Shown in pieces: positions 23,201 through 35,415 of a stretch of DNA of 64,000 bases. Source of the stretch: Azolla caroliniana (Eukaryota > Plantae > Polypodiophyta). A program made the position numbers and the translations under genes. Position 1 is the stretch's first letter. Each line of letters opens with the position of its first letter. The stretch is taken from positions 18,848,001-18,912,000 of the forward strand of contig JBHGNT010000007.1 in NCBI GenBank assembly GCA_043228905.1, written 5' to 3'. The notes below the pieces were generated by a model. The model did not search any database, was not told the DNA's origin, and worked only from the letters and a program-made list of their open reading frames with translations.

Positions 23201-26200
23201 TCAACTGCTCTTGGACCGCTATAGACATACATATGTCCCAAAGCATTAGTAATAACAGTTATACATGGTCACATACCTCATGTTGGTGGAGGGAATACCT
23301 AGATGGTGGCTGATACCTCCAACGTATACCACCATTAACCATGCAGAATACCTTCATTCTTTCCCATCTCTTCTTAAAAACCTCTTGCTTTCGAAAGATT
23401 ACATCTAAATCACCTCTGATAGCATCATATTCTCCTTTTAGTGTATGCACCAAGGTCACCCAAATCTCCTTGACTACATCCACAACATTTCATTGAATTT
23501 GCTGAAATATCCTTCGACATCTACTAGTCCACAAAACCCATACGGTTATTGAACTAATCGTCTCCCAAACTTGGACTAAATAAATAGGCATAGATGGCGG
23601 CACTTCCTCAATATATCGACCTCTTATATATAATGCAAAGTTAACCTTTTCTTCTTCATAATCTTGTACCTCACCCTTAATATCAGCCCGCATCACTGAC
23701 CCCCATTTATATACTCTAGAGCCATACACCTCATGCAAGAGACGTAAAAACGTTTTCCAAACCAATTTGGTAGCCATACATGACCAGAATAGGTGATGAA
23801 GCGACTCCACTTCTAACCCACAAAAATCACACATCTTATCCACATCTTTACAATACATCCAAACCCTAACAAGAACCGCATAATGAACAATCAACAATGT
23901 AAATGGAATAATCTTGGAATTTGCATAGCCCATAACCTTTTCCAAACCAATTTGGCGGCCATACATGACCAGAATAGGTGATGAAGCGACTCCACTTCTA
24001 ACCCAAAAAAATCACACATCCTATCCACATCTTTACAATACATCCAAACCCTAACAGGAACCACATAATGAACAATCAACAATGTAAATGGAATAATCTT
24101 GGAATTTGCATAACCCATAAGCATTTCCGAAAGGTTGACATGTGTGTAGGATCAACATTATAAGTCAACCATGTTGTGGTTGCTGTCGGCCAATGGGGTA
24201 CCCTACGTTGTATCATCTCCCTTCCCAATCAAACGGAATACTGAAAAAATAGAATCGGCCTAACATCCTCCCTAGAATATGATGTAGGTGCCACTTCCAT
24301 TCCCCTAGGTCCCATTCCAATTCACATAATGGTTTTTTCCCCACTACCCATAGATCCCACCATGGATAAATATCATTAGGATCAGGGTCAAGGACCCAAA
24401 CCTTATCTACCTTAGCTAGAATTCTAATAGGTTTTAATATAACCTCAACCAAACATTCATGTTCTCGGGGAATCATCCCTAATCGTCCATCTTGTAGAAC
24501 ATCATAAATTAAGAAAGTCTCATCATCTATAAGGCCACATCCTCCAAGTAAAACCTAAAAATTTGAAAATAATCCCACCCACTTATGACACTTAGATAGT
24601 ATATTATCATGCAAGGGTAACTGCAAATTCCTTAACTCATCAACTATCACCTTTCCTCCCCTTATTCCTCTATACTCTTGTTGAATAATATGAGTAGGGT
24701 TGTGAACAAATTGTTGGCAATTACTAAGCGATGAGGCAAAAGCCGAATCCACTTGAGCCCAATTTAATCTAACTCTTCTCCCCAACACATATCCTTCAAC
24801 ATCTAGAAATAAAGGATTCCAAACCAAAGACTGATGTAACCATTCATCCATCCAAGTGGGTTGGACTTGTTGTAAATTATCCTTTATGGACCGCCAGGAT
24901 CGCTTTATCGCAACGAAGAACCTATCATTTTGAAACACTATCTTATGCGAATGGAAGTTAGGAATAAACCACCATCGGAGAGACCTTGTCCATTCACCTC
25001 CAGTTTTCGGGAAGACCTCTTTCATTCTCAACTGAAGAAGCTTCTTCCACGGCCCATTTCCTGGCAGTAATCCTCGTACTATAAATTTTGCCAATAATGC
25101 CTTACATTGCATTAGAGGATCTACCAAACCTAAACTCCCTTGAGGAGTCTATGCTATAATAGTTTTCCAAGCTACTTTCGTCTAACATTCTTAAAATCAG
25201 TACATCCCCATAAAAAATTCCTAATCAACCTCTGTAACTTTGACGACAAAGATCTGGAGAATAACCAAGAGGATAGAATATACCACATTGAGGAGAGTAA
25301 TACTTGATTAGAAATGACTAGCCTCCTTGCAAGTGATAAGTTTTTGGAACTCCAAAAGATCAACTTCTTCCTCAAAGAAAGCAATAATGATTGGATATGA
25401 GCTTATGGAGAAAGATTAATTCCCATTTGGCACCCTAAATATCTCATAGAAGAGCCCTTTGGTATCCAACGGAATCCACAGTCTGGACACCAAGTAGGAG
25501 TAAGACCTTCCCCAACCTAAAATCCCACTGATTTATGCCAATTAATAATAACACCTCAAGCATCACAGAAATCATGGATCACATTTTGCACATACAACAT
25601 ATAATGACGTGTCATCTACAAATTCACAGTCTAACACAACCTCCTCCACACGTGGCCACTGTATACCCTTAATAGATAACCTGTTCTTATGCAAGAATGC
25701 ACTAAAGGCTTCTCCCACAAATAGAAATAAATATCGAGCCAAAGGACATCCTTGTCTCACCAATCTAATAATAAAAAAAGTATTTACCTAGTGCTCCTCC
25801 AACAAGAACTCGACTAGATGCTGAATTATTTAATGCAAAAACAACCTTAACATAGTCACCTGGAAGACCTAGACGACCCATAACTTTGTATAAGAAATTC
25901 CAATCGACTTTGTCATATGCTTTCTCAAAATCCAAAAGCAATCTTGTCAATTCTTGTTTTGTTTCTTGCATTATTGCTACCATCTCCCAAAATATGAAAA
26001 TATTATCAAATATACTCTCTTGTATAAAGCTTGTCTGAGTTTTATGCACAATATGTCAAAGACAAGGCTGCAAACTTGTAGCTAATAATTTAGCATAAAT
26101 TTTATATGTAGTATTTTAAAGAGTTATAGGCCTCTATTTCTTAATATCATCCACCACACCTTCTAACTTTAGAATCAAATAAACCATTCTTGATTCCATT

Positions 26201-26547
26201 CAACATGCATCCTTCCCAACTTAAAAACTTCTTGTAAAGAGGATGTGAAAACATCGACTATGTCATCCCAATATTCTAAAAAGAATTCTGGTGATAATCC
26301 ATCATTTCCTGGGCATACATTCTTCCCAATAGCCATCAATGCAACTCTTACCTCTGTAGAAGAGATTGCCTTTACCAATGTTTCGGCCATCTCATTTGAG
26401 ACCTTATGTTTCAATTAGTCCAAAACTATTTTTCTTTTTTGGAGTTGTTGAACTGAAAATTGCTGGGCAGTTAGTAGATTTTTATAAAAAGACGTAGCAA
26501 TGTTCCTCATTTCATTAGTGTCCTTTGTAATAGACCCATCTTCCCAT

Positions 26548-26606
26548 TGTCACGAGGTTTCGCGTTCGCGGGTAGGAAGAGGCGGGACCACGGGGGTCTC
26601 GGACCA

Positions 26607-26665
<59 letters not shown>

Positions 26666-27242
26666 GCAAGTACACAGAAAGAGATTAAGATTAAGAAAAA
26701 TAGGAATCCGATTACTATAGTCAATAGCTTACAACTCGAGCAGTTACAACTGGCAACCTGGTAATGGACCCGACACGGGTCCTACTCACGCACACCGACG
26801 ACAACCACACGACTCGAAGAAACAAAAGGGGAAAAGGGAAAGAGAGAGAGACTTTGCTGGAAGCACACGGGCTGTCCACAAAGCAGAGGCAGCGAACTCC
26901 CAACACTCGTAGAGAACGACGATTGGAGGAGAGAGAGCTCAGCACTCGGTTCTGCATCAGCACTTCGTCCTCGCCAACGCGCGATCCCCTCTCTTCCTTC
27001 TCTCCTCTCCTTAAATAGTTCCAAAAGGGGTGCGCCTTTCTCCCTAGTCAAAACCGCTTTATTCCTTGTCCCTTTCGATAGAGATACGCACAATCCCTTA
27101 ATAAATGCACACTACCTAGTATTTACATCAGCCGACCTAATTATGAATCATGTACAAAATATCAGTTCAGCGTCCACCCGTGTAAGAGCCGGTTCATGCC
27201 CCTTTTTCCCTGTTCCGCCCATGGCCGGTTTTCTTCACGACA
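26548..27242 (-). mobile_element. Solo LTR (695 bp), TGTCRYGA family
   Basis: Ends TGTCACGA...TCACGACA. 4-bp TSD CCAT/CCGT, differing by one CpG transition. (GA)n tract. Interrupts the LINE ORF2. Confidence 0.85.
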
Positions 27243-28396
27243 CCGTTGTTGAAGTTTTCTCATACAACTACTTGAATGTTTAGATTTCACATTATCACCT
27301 AATCAAGCTCAGTTTGTAGCAGTAACATGAAACTTTGTTTGAGATATCTTATCTTCTAAACCTACTAGTTCATTTCTTAAGTGATCCAACTCTAGTTCAA
27401 CCCGAGACGCATGTGGACATTTTTCCTGAAAATGCTGAAGAGACTTCAAAGCCCTCCTATTAGCATCCATTTGTAACTTACATTTCTCCATAGTCTTGAA
27501 TACTTTCAATCTAAGAAATTTCAAAGTACTTTGAATAACAGAGTTGACCATTTGCAAGACATTTGCAAAAGATGTATTTAGCAATTTCCACATCCGTAAA
27601 ATATCATGTCTAAGGGATGTATCCAAATAAATCCATTTTGGAATACGACCACAACTATTGTTATGATATGGTTGTTTTCCAACAACCATAATCACATATG
27701 CATGATCTGAGAACAAAGAGCTTGATACAATACCAATCTCCCCACCCTTTCCAACAAAAAAATCATCAATGTATATTCTAGATCCAAATGTAACAATTTT
27801 ACCCCTTGTTGTTTTCTATCAGATCGAGAGAAACTTAATGAATCTTTTAATCGAGTAAAAGATGTAACATGTCATGCATCTTGTAATCTGAATGATAAAC
27901 ATAATCTTTCCCAAGTTATCAACTCAGTTGTACCTATCAAAGCATGAGAGCCTCCAGTCCTATCACCAAAATCCTCAATCATATTAAAATCACCCACCAT
28001 ACACCAATGATCCACTGACGGTAAATCAAATCCTATCTTAAACCAAAATTCCTTTCTAGCCCCTCCCAAATTTGGAGCATAAATATTAAGAAAGCCCAAC
28101 TTAAGGCATGAGATCATTAGGATGATGTATTGAGCTCTTCCATCGACCAATGCATGACAATCTAGCACCTGGTGACTCCATTTCTCTGTTAAGGCTATAC
28201 AAAAACCTCCATGTTTATTTTGATTTCCAATTGTAGGAGTCCAAAAGTATTTCCAATTTCCTTTCAACATGTTCCATACGTAGTTATTCGCTTATTCGAT
28301 AGATAAGTTTCTTGTAAACAGATCATATCATAGACACTCACATTAAACTTATGTAACTCTTGACAGACTCTACCTTTAAACTTCTTACTGAGAGCC

Positions 28397-31300
28397 TGTT
28401 GAGAATCAAGCTCAACTTGGTCTAGTGTGTGAACTCACCTTGAGAGTGAATAGACACTCCAACGGTCAAGAGTCACCATTATGTCACCACTTTGTATTCT
28501 AGCATTTAGTATGAGTCATAGAATCATATTCTATGACACATAACTTATGAGCTTTCACATTCCCCATGCTCCATGAGTCTTGTAGTTAATGAAGAGAGAG
28601 GGTGACTATATAAAGCTCCCTTCTCCCCCCTTGTAAAAGGTTGAGTCTTTCTCCTTTGTTAATATACTTTACCTTGTGTATTCTCGGTGTCTTACTCTGT
28701 GTCTCTCACTCACTCTCTCTCTCTCATACACACACACAATTCATATCTATTCTGCTGCACAGAATCCATCTCTTGATTCTTGACAATTGTATCAGAGCGA
28801 CTTGGTAGCTCGATCTAGCCCATCCGTGTGCGTTGTGTCCTACGCCGATGACCAAGAACCGGCTCATCGCTATCGTAGCTTCACCGCATAGCTCCCATTC
28901 GAAGAGAGAAGAAGAAGAAGAAGAAGAAGAAGCATCGACATAATGAATACTCAAATGGGGAGCGCTCTCCCTACCGAGAAGTTGGATCGAAACAACTTCG
29001 CATCTTGGGGAGTACAAGATGCACCAATACCTTGTCGGACAAGGCTATTGGAGCTACATTAAAGGAGCGCACAAAGACCGACCCGTCGAAACGGCTCCTA
29101 GATATGCGACATGGGATCAAGCCGCAAGCCGCGTGATGTATTTCTTGGTGACATGTGTTCACGATCACATGCTCGGCTACATTCGCGAAGCCAAGACGCC
29201 AAAGGAGGCATGGGAAAATCTACGAAAGATTTTCGCGGCGAACACAACCGCAAGAAGGCTTCAACTCCGCCAAGAGTTGAACAACATTCAACAAAGGGAC
29301 ATGTCCATCACGACATACACCTTGAAGATCAAGGAGCTTTGTGACTTGCTCAGCTTGATAAGCATAAATATCGATGATGATGAGATGGTGCAAATATGCC
29401 TCGGCAACCTCCCACCACGGTTCGGCGCGATGCAAACCGCCGTTCTAGTACGGGAGAAATCTCCCTCCTTCTTTGAGCTCCAATCAATGCTATTGGTTGA
29501 AGAAAACCACGTGCGTACAAGGAGCAATGAGTTGGAAGGCCACATGCTCTACACACACTCAAACGGAGGAAGAGGATACAGACGAGCGAGAGGCCGATTC
29601 AGCCAAGGACAAGGCGGATGAGGTCCAACCTACGACAACAACTCCCAATTTCGGCCACAAAACGGAAGCCAACGAGGAACCTTCGCAAGAAGGGGGAGCT
29701 TCCACCCCGGCCCAAGCCGTCAAAACGCAAGAGTGCTGAAAGAAGATGCGCGAATCGGCTTCTACAAGTCGACAACTCACGAATTACGCGCATAATTCCG
29801 ACTACGAAGAGTATAGGGGAATGTACGGGCACAACTCCGACTATGAAGATTGTGGCGGAATGTATGCACACAACTCCGACCGTGGTGGAATGTTCATGAT
29901 GAAACATAGAGCAAACTCTATGTCGGCCTCTACCTCAACTAGTGCCCTCAATCGGGAGGACGTATGGTTTGTTGACTTCGGAGCCTCAAACCATATGACA
30001 TCTCATAAAGAATGGTTTCTCGAACTTCGAGAGCTGGAGCGACCCGGTTATGTCGAAACCGGAGATGACACTACGCACCTGATTTGGGATATCGGCAATG
30101 TTCCGTTTGGCGAAAGAGGTAAGCAAACATACATTAAAAATGTCTTGCATGTTCCCACCATCACGAAGAATTTGGTCTCGGTCGGCCAAATGGTTGAGCA
30201 AGGGATGCAAGTACGATTCAAGAAGGGTGTTTCATTGAAAAAGAGGGCCGAATCATTGCGGGTGGAAGAAGAGAGGGCCGGATGTTCATTCTCAATTCAC
30301 ACGAGATGAAATCCGCCATGTTCGCAAAAAGCATGAAAGGCGACTCCGACATAGAGCTATGACACAAGCGAATCGGCCACATCAATCTCAACAAACTCAA
30401 AGCAATGAAATCGAAAGGAGTCATCATCGGACTCCCGACATTCAAAGAGAAGGAGATTGAAGGTGTATGCGAAGTGTGCCAATTCGGCAAGCAACACCGA
30501 CACCCATTCCCGAAAGAGCGAAACGTGAGCAAAGGTCTACTCGATGTAGTCCATTCCGATGTATGGGGACCGGCACAGACGACTACATTTAGCGGATGTC
30601 GATATTACGTGCTCTTCATCGACGACTTCTCTAGGCACACGTGGCTCTATCCGATGCGGCAAAAGAGTGAAGTGTTCAAACACTTCCAAAGGTTTAAAAA
30701 CGAAGTCGAAAAAACCACTGGTCATCATGTACGATGCCTTTAATCGGATGGCGGCAAGGAGTACTTCTCAGACGATTTCACGGCGTATCTCCGAAAGGAA
30801 GGAATTCAGCGAGAATTAACTTGCCGAAACACTCCGCAACAAAACGGAGTAGCCGAGCACAAAAATCGGCACAACCTCGAAGTAGCGCGGGCCATGATGA
30901 ACGAGAAGCATATGCCCAAGTCATATTGGGCCGAAGCTACAAATACGGCCGTCTACCTAATGAACCGGTGCACAACATCCGGAGTGCACGAGGTCACTCC
31001 GCACGAAAAATACTTCGAAAAGAAGCTGGACTTATTGTACACCCGGATATTCAGCGCGATAGCATACGTGCACATACCCGACGAAAAGCGGCAAAAGCTA
31101 GATCCAAAGTTGGATACTCACTCGAACAAAAGGGGTACAAATGCTACAACCCATCTACCCGAAAAGTTTGAGTAAGTCGAGACGTCGTGTTCGACGAATC
31201 CACATCCTGGTACGCACTAGAGAAGATTCCGACTTCGACCCCGATCGACGCGGAACCGGCCGAACAAGAGCGAGAAGGTGGAGATCGCCTCGAAGACATG

Positions 31301-33536
31301 TTTGAAGATAGCCCGATTACCACAAGGCTAAGTGGGCCACAAGATCCCCCGAGCGATCAAAGCACATCATGGCCTAGCCCGAAGATGGACAAAGGCAAGG
31401 CGAAAATGTCGGAATACGAAGATGATCGCTTCAATGACGATGAGTCAACTCACTGACTCGACAGTGAGTTCAGTGGCTTCGATGTACCAATCAGAGCTAA
31501 GAAAGCCCTCATCTCTGCCAATGAAAAGCTCCGCTGCTCCACCCGTGAAAAGAATCCGGTCAGCCGATTCGGCTACAACGACTACATGGCATATCACTAT
31601 GCCTTTATGATGAAGGTGGCGACAGTACGCGAGTTGGAAACATTTTCCGACGCAGCCAAGGATCCGCGATGAACGAGGAGATGTAGGCACTACGCAAGAA
31701 TGAGACTTGGGATCTCGTTCCCACCTCACCACACAAAAAGGTGATCGGATGTAGATGGATTTACAAAGTGAAGTACAACGTCGACGATTTCGTCAACCGC
31801 TACAAAGCACGGCTCGTAGCGAAAGGCTATGCACAAACGCACGGAGTTGATTACGAAGAGACCTTTGCCCTGGTGGCAAAGATGATGACGGTACAGACCG
31901 TAATTGCGCTTGCCGCGGCGAAAGGGTGGCACCTCCATCAAATGGACGTCAAGAACGCCTTTCTACAAGGCGAATTAGAAGAGGAGGTGTACATGATACA
32001 ACCACCCGGCTTCAACTCGAGCACCCATCCGAAAGCTGTATGCTGACTCAAGAAGCTACTCTATAGCCTCAAGCAAGTACCGCGTGCTTGGCATTCGAAG
32101 ATAACGCAATATCTTCATCAAACCGGCTTCCATATGTCAAAATCGGACAACTCCCTCTACATACGAAGCGACTCCGCAAGTCCGATCGTCATCATCTTAT
32201 ATGTGGATGACCTAGTCATTGGAGGTGAGCATCTCGTTGAAATCAATAAGGTCAAATCCCTCCTTTCCGACAAGTTCGAGATGACGGACATGAAGGAGCT
32301 CCACTACTTCCTCGGCATCAAGGTAATTTGGACTCCGGTCGGAAGCATGATCTCTCAATGACACTACATCCTCAACTTGTTATACAAGTTCGGTATGGCT
32401 GAATGCAAATCCGCAGCAACCCCGCTCGATCGCAATCTCAAACTAGATGCGAACTCCGGCACCAAAGCGTGTGAGCCGACTCAGTATCAACAACTCATCG
32501 GGAGTCTCATCTACCTCATGATCACTTGACCCGATCTCAGTTATCCGGTCGTTCTCCTTAGTCAATTCATGCAAACACCGCGTGATACTCACTTGGATTG
32601 CGCTAAGCGAGTTCTATGATATGTGAGCGGCACAGTGGATTGTGGCATCCTCTACAAGATCGCGATGCCAATACGACTCGAGGGGTACATAGACACCGAT
32701 TGGGCCGGCTACAAAGCCGATAGAAGATCAACCTCCGAATTTGTTTTTTCCCTCGGTAGCGGAGCAATATCCTGGAGTAGCAAAAAGCAACCAACTGTCG
32801 CTCTTTCGAGCACATAGGCGGAATATAGGGGCGCAACAGTGGCCGCATGTGAAGCCGTATGGCTCAGAAGGATACTCAAGGATCTGGGCGTACTCAGAAG
32901 ACACTACGCAATAACGCATGGATTCCGCAACCGCGCAACGAAGCCGCGAAGAGCTGATCTACGGTGCAAAGGCACGAAGAAAGACGCAAGCCGAAGCACA
33001 GACTTCGCAACTATGCACAACGCAAGTTGGAGCACGGATTCCGCAACTCCGCATAAATGCGAGTCGACGCGGACTTCGAAAAGCGAGGCGAAGCGGATTT
33101 TGGATACCGTCTGAAACCGACCCAACTTGAGCTTGAGGGGGCGTGTTGAGAATCAAGCTCAACTTGGTCTAGTGTGTGAACTCACCTTGAGAGTGAATAG
33201 ACACTCCAACGGTCAAGAGTCACCATTATGTCACCACTTTGTATTCTAGCATTTAGTATGAGTCATAGAATCATATTCTATGACACATAACTTATGAGCT
33301 TTCACATTCCCCATGCTCCATGAGTCTTGTAGTTAATGAAGAGTGAGGGTGACTATATAAAGCTCCCTTCTCCCACCTTGTAAAAGGTTGAGTCTTTCTC
33401 CTTTGTTAATATACTTTACCTTGTGTATTCTCGGTGTCTTACTCCGTGTCTCTCTCACTCACTCACTCACTCTCTCTCATACACACACAGTTCATATCTA
33501 TTCCGCTGCACAGAATCCATCTCTTGATTCTTGATA
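28397..33536 (+). mobile_element. Full-length but defective Ty1/copia element
   Basis: LTRs at 28397-28785 and 33144-33536. Perfect TSD GAGCC. Met-type PBS T(T)GTATCAGAGC at ~28787. PPT GAGGGGG before the 3' LTR. Confidence 0.95.
28943..32890 (+). pseudogene. Copia gag-PR-IN-RT-RH polyprotein, frameshifted, RNase H truncated
   Basis: UBN2 gag, protease WFVDFGASNHMT, integrase (CEVCQFGKQ, HSDVWGP, FIDDFSR), RT (YKARLVAKGY, MDVKNAFL, LYVDDL) and RNase H (YIDTDWAG). Confidence 0.9.
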
Positions 33537-34566
33537 GAGCCCCTCCAAGCCCTTGAACTTTCCAAAACAAAATTCGGAAATGATTCATAACTCAGCAAAC
33601 GTTGCTTACTATGTAACCTTAGTTCTCCCATCAAATGTAGACTTTTTAAACTTGCAATCTTTACTGCTAATTTTCAATTCCTTAAGGGACATCTTATTTG
33701 AATAAGAAATAGTACTATGTTTCTTTGCATGATGTATGAATCGATTAATCATATTATTTCTATCCACGACCTTATTAAGAGTACTATACACAACTACAAC
33801 GTTGGTTTTCTAATTAAAGTGGTGATTAGAATTAAACCCACTCTCTAAATATTTTGCCGTTAATCTAGTTATAAGACCATTGTAATTATGGGGATCCTCC
33901 CTTGATGAGTGACAAATTTCAGCAGTCACAATTTGCAACAAGTTAACCTCTTCCCCACTTTTTTCCACATTAGAGTCTTCTTGCAGGGTCGTGTGAACTT
34001 CCTTTTTTGCATATACAACTAATGGCAAGTTTTCATCTCCCTTCATCCCTAAATCCTCATTATTGAGCACCAAGGTATGATTATCCTTGGTATGAGCCTT
34101 GCCCACCAAAGATTTTAGTAAATTATTACTCCTATATTCATCGAAGTAGAAAGGTCACGATTTATAATACAATCCATATCAATTTTATGTTTGGTAATGT
34201 TTGTGTGAGATTACCAATGGGTCCAAATCTATTTCTTGTTGGAACCCATTTATTAGAAAGGTTCACATTCTTTGCAAGAAGACCTTTTCCTTTTCTCTCT
34301 GTAGTCCAATCGTCCACCACATTTGTAGCCCCCTTTTCTTTAAATTTTTCCATACTATTCACATGAGGCACATTCTGCCATATATAATCTTTTGCCATAT
34401 GCCCAATTTGCCTATGTGAGTGTTGGGTGGGGTAAGTAGGTGTAGCTACCCTCACTCGACTTTTTGTAATGATAAGATCTTGTACTATTTAAAACCCCAC
34501 TCATGGGGCATGGAAAAAGAGAGAGAAATATATTGAAGTTACCCCTCAACTGTGTCTATCTCGATT

Positions 34567-34594
34567 CTCACTCACACACACACACACACACACA

Positions 34595-34674
<80 letters not shown>
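34567..34674. repeat. (CA)n(CT)n compound microsatellite
   Basis: Directly visible. Confidence 0.9.
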
Positions 34675-34681
<7 letters not shown>

Positions 34682-35415
34682 TCCCTCTCTCCCTTCACAT
34701 TCGAACCCCTTTGGGAAGGGGGTGGAGCCGATCTCGGCTCGGCTCCACACCCCACCCATAAACACACGCCATTGTGTGTCTTTTGCCGCTTCTACGTAGC
34801 TCTCCGGCTCACGCACTTCCGCCACCTTCATCATGTACGCATAGAGATGTGCCATGTACTCGTTATAACCATACCGTTTGACAGGGTTCTTCTGGTGGGT
34901 CGATCAACGTAACCTCTCGTTAGCTGATTTCAATGCACTCTTGGCTGACTCAAACTTCTCTTCTGAAGGTCTTTCTTCGTTCTTCCCGGAGTCGGATTCG
35001 CTCCAATCCGACTTTTCTTTGCCGGTGTCGTAATCCGGTATCTTCTTCTTCCCTTTTTCTTTGTGCGTGAACCAGCCCCTTGGTTCCTTGCGCGGGGAAA
35101 GCATGGTTGAGTCTCCGCTACTCGTCGGCTCGTCATCTGACTGGTCCTTCCGACTCAGCGCTTCATTTGGTTGGCTCATCCGAAATGAGATCAGACCCTC
35201 ATCTAGAGTACCAAATCCTTTGTCATCTTCTGCCCGGATCATTTCGGGCTCACTGGCCTCATCTTTCGGAATCGAGTTGGAGTCGAACATGGGAACCAAT
35301 AGAGAGTACCATGATGCCAACTAATCAAAATTGACATCTCGGCTCACTCGAACTTGTTTTGTGTGGGGGTTATAGAACTTATAACCCTTTTGCTCATGTG
35401 AGTAGCCGACAAGGA

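Larger units (their letters stand above)
23206..34480 (-). mobile_element. Decayed L1-like LINE interrupted by a solo LTR (26548-27242) and a copia (28397-33536)
   Basis: ORF2 starts MNHFRILFWKVQGLGG at ~33588. Endonuclease motifs NIYAPN, GDFN and FSDH. RT motifs LLDFEKAYDKVDW, VRQGCPL and EFVDDT. C-terminal zf-RVT CDFCGLEVESLHHLFWSC, duplicated in tandem (~185 bp, 23755-24120). Outer limits are approximate. Confidence 0.85.

Noticed and set aside
34503-34855. ORFs with poly-ER / poly-SL runs
   Set aside because: Translations of a dinucleotide microsatellite.
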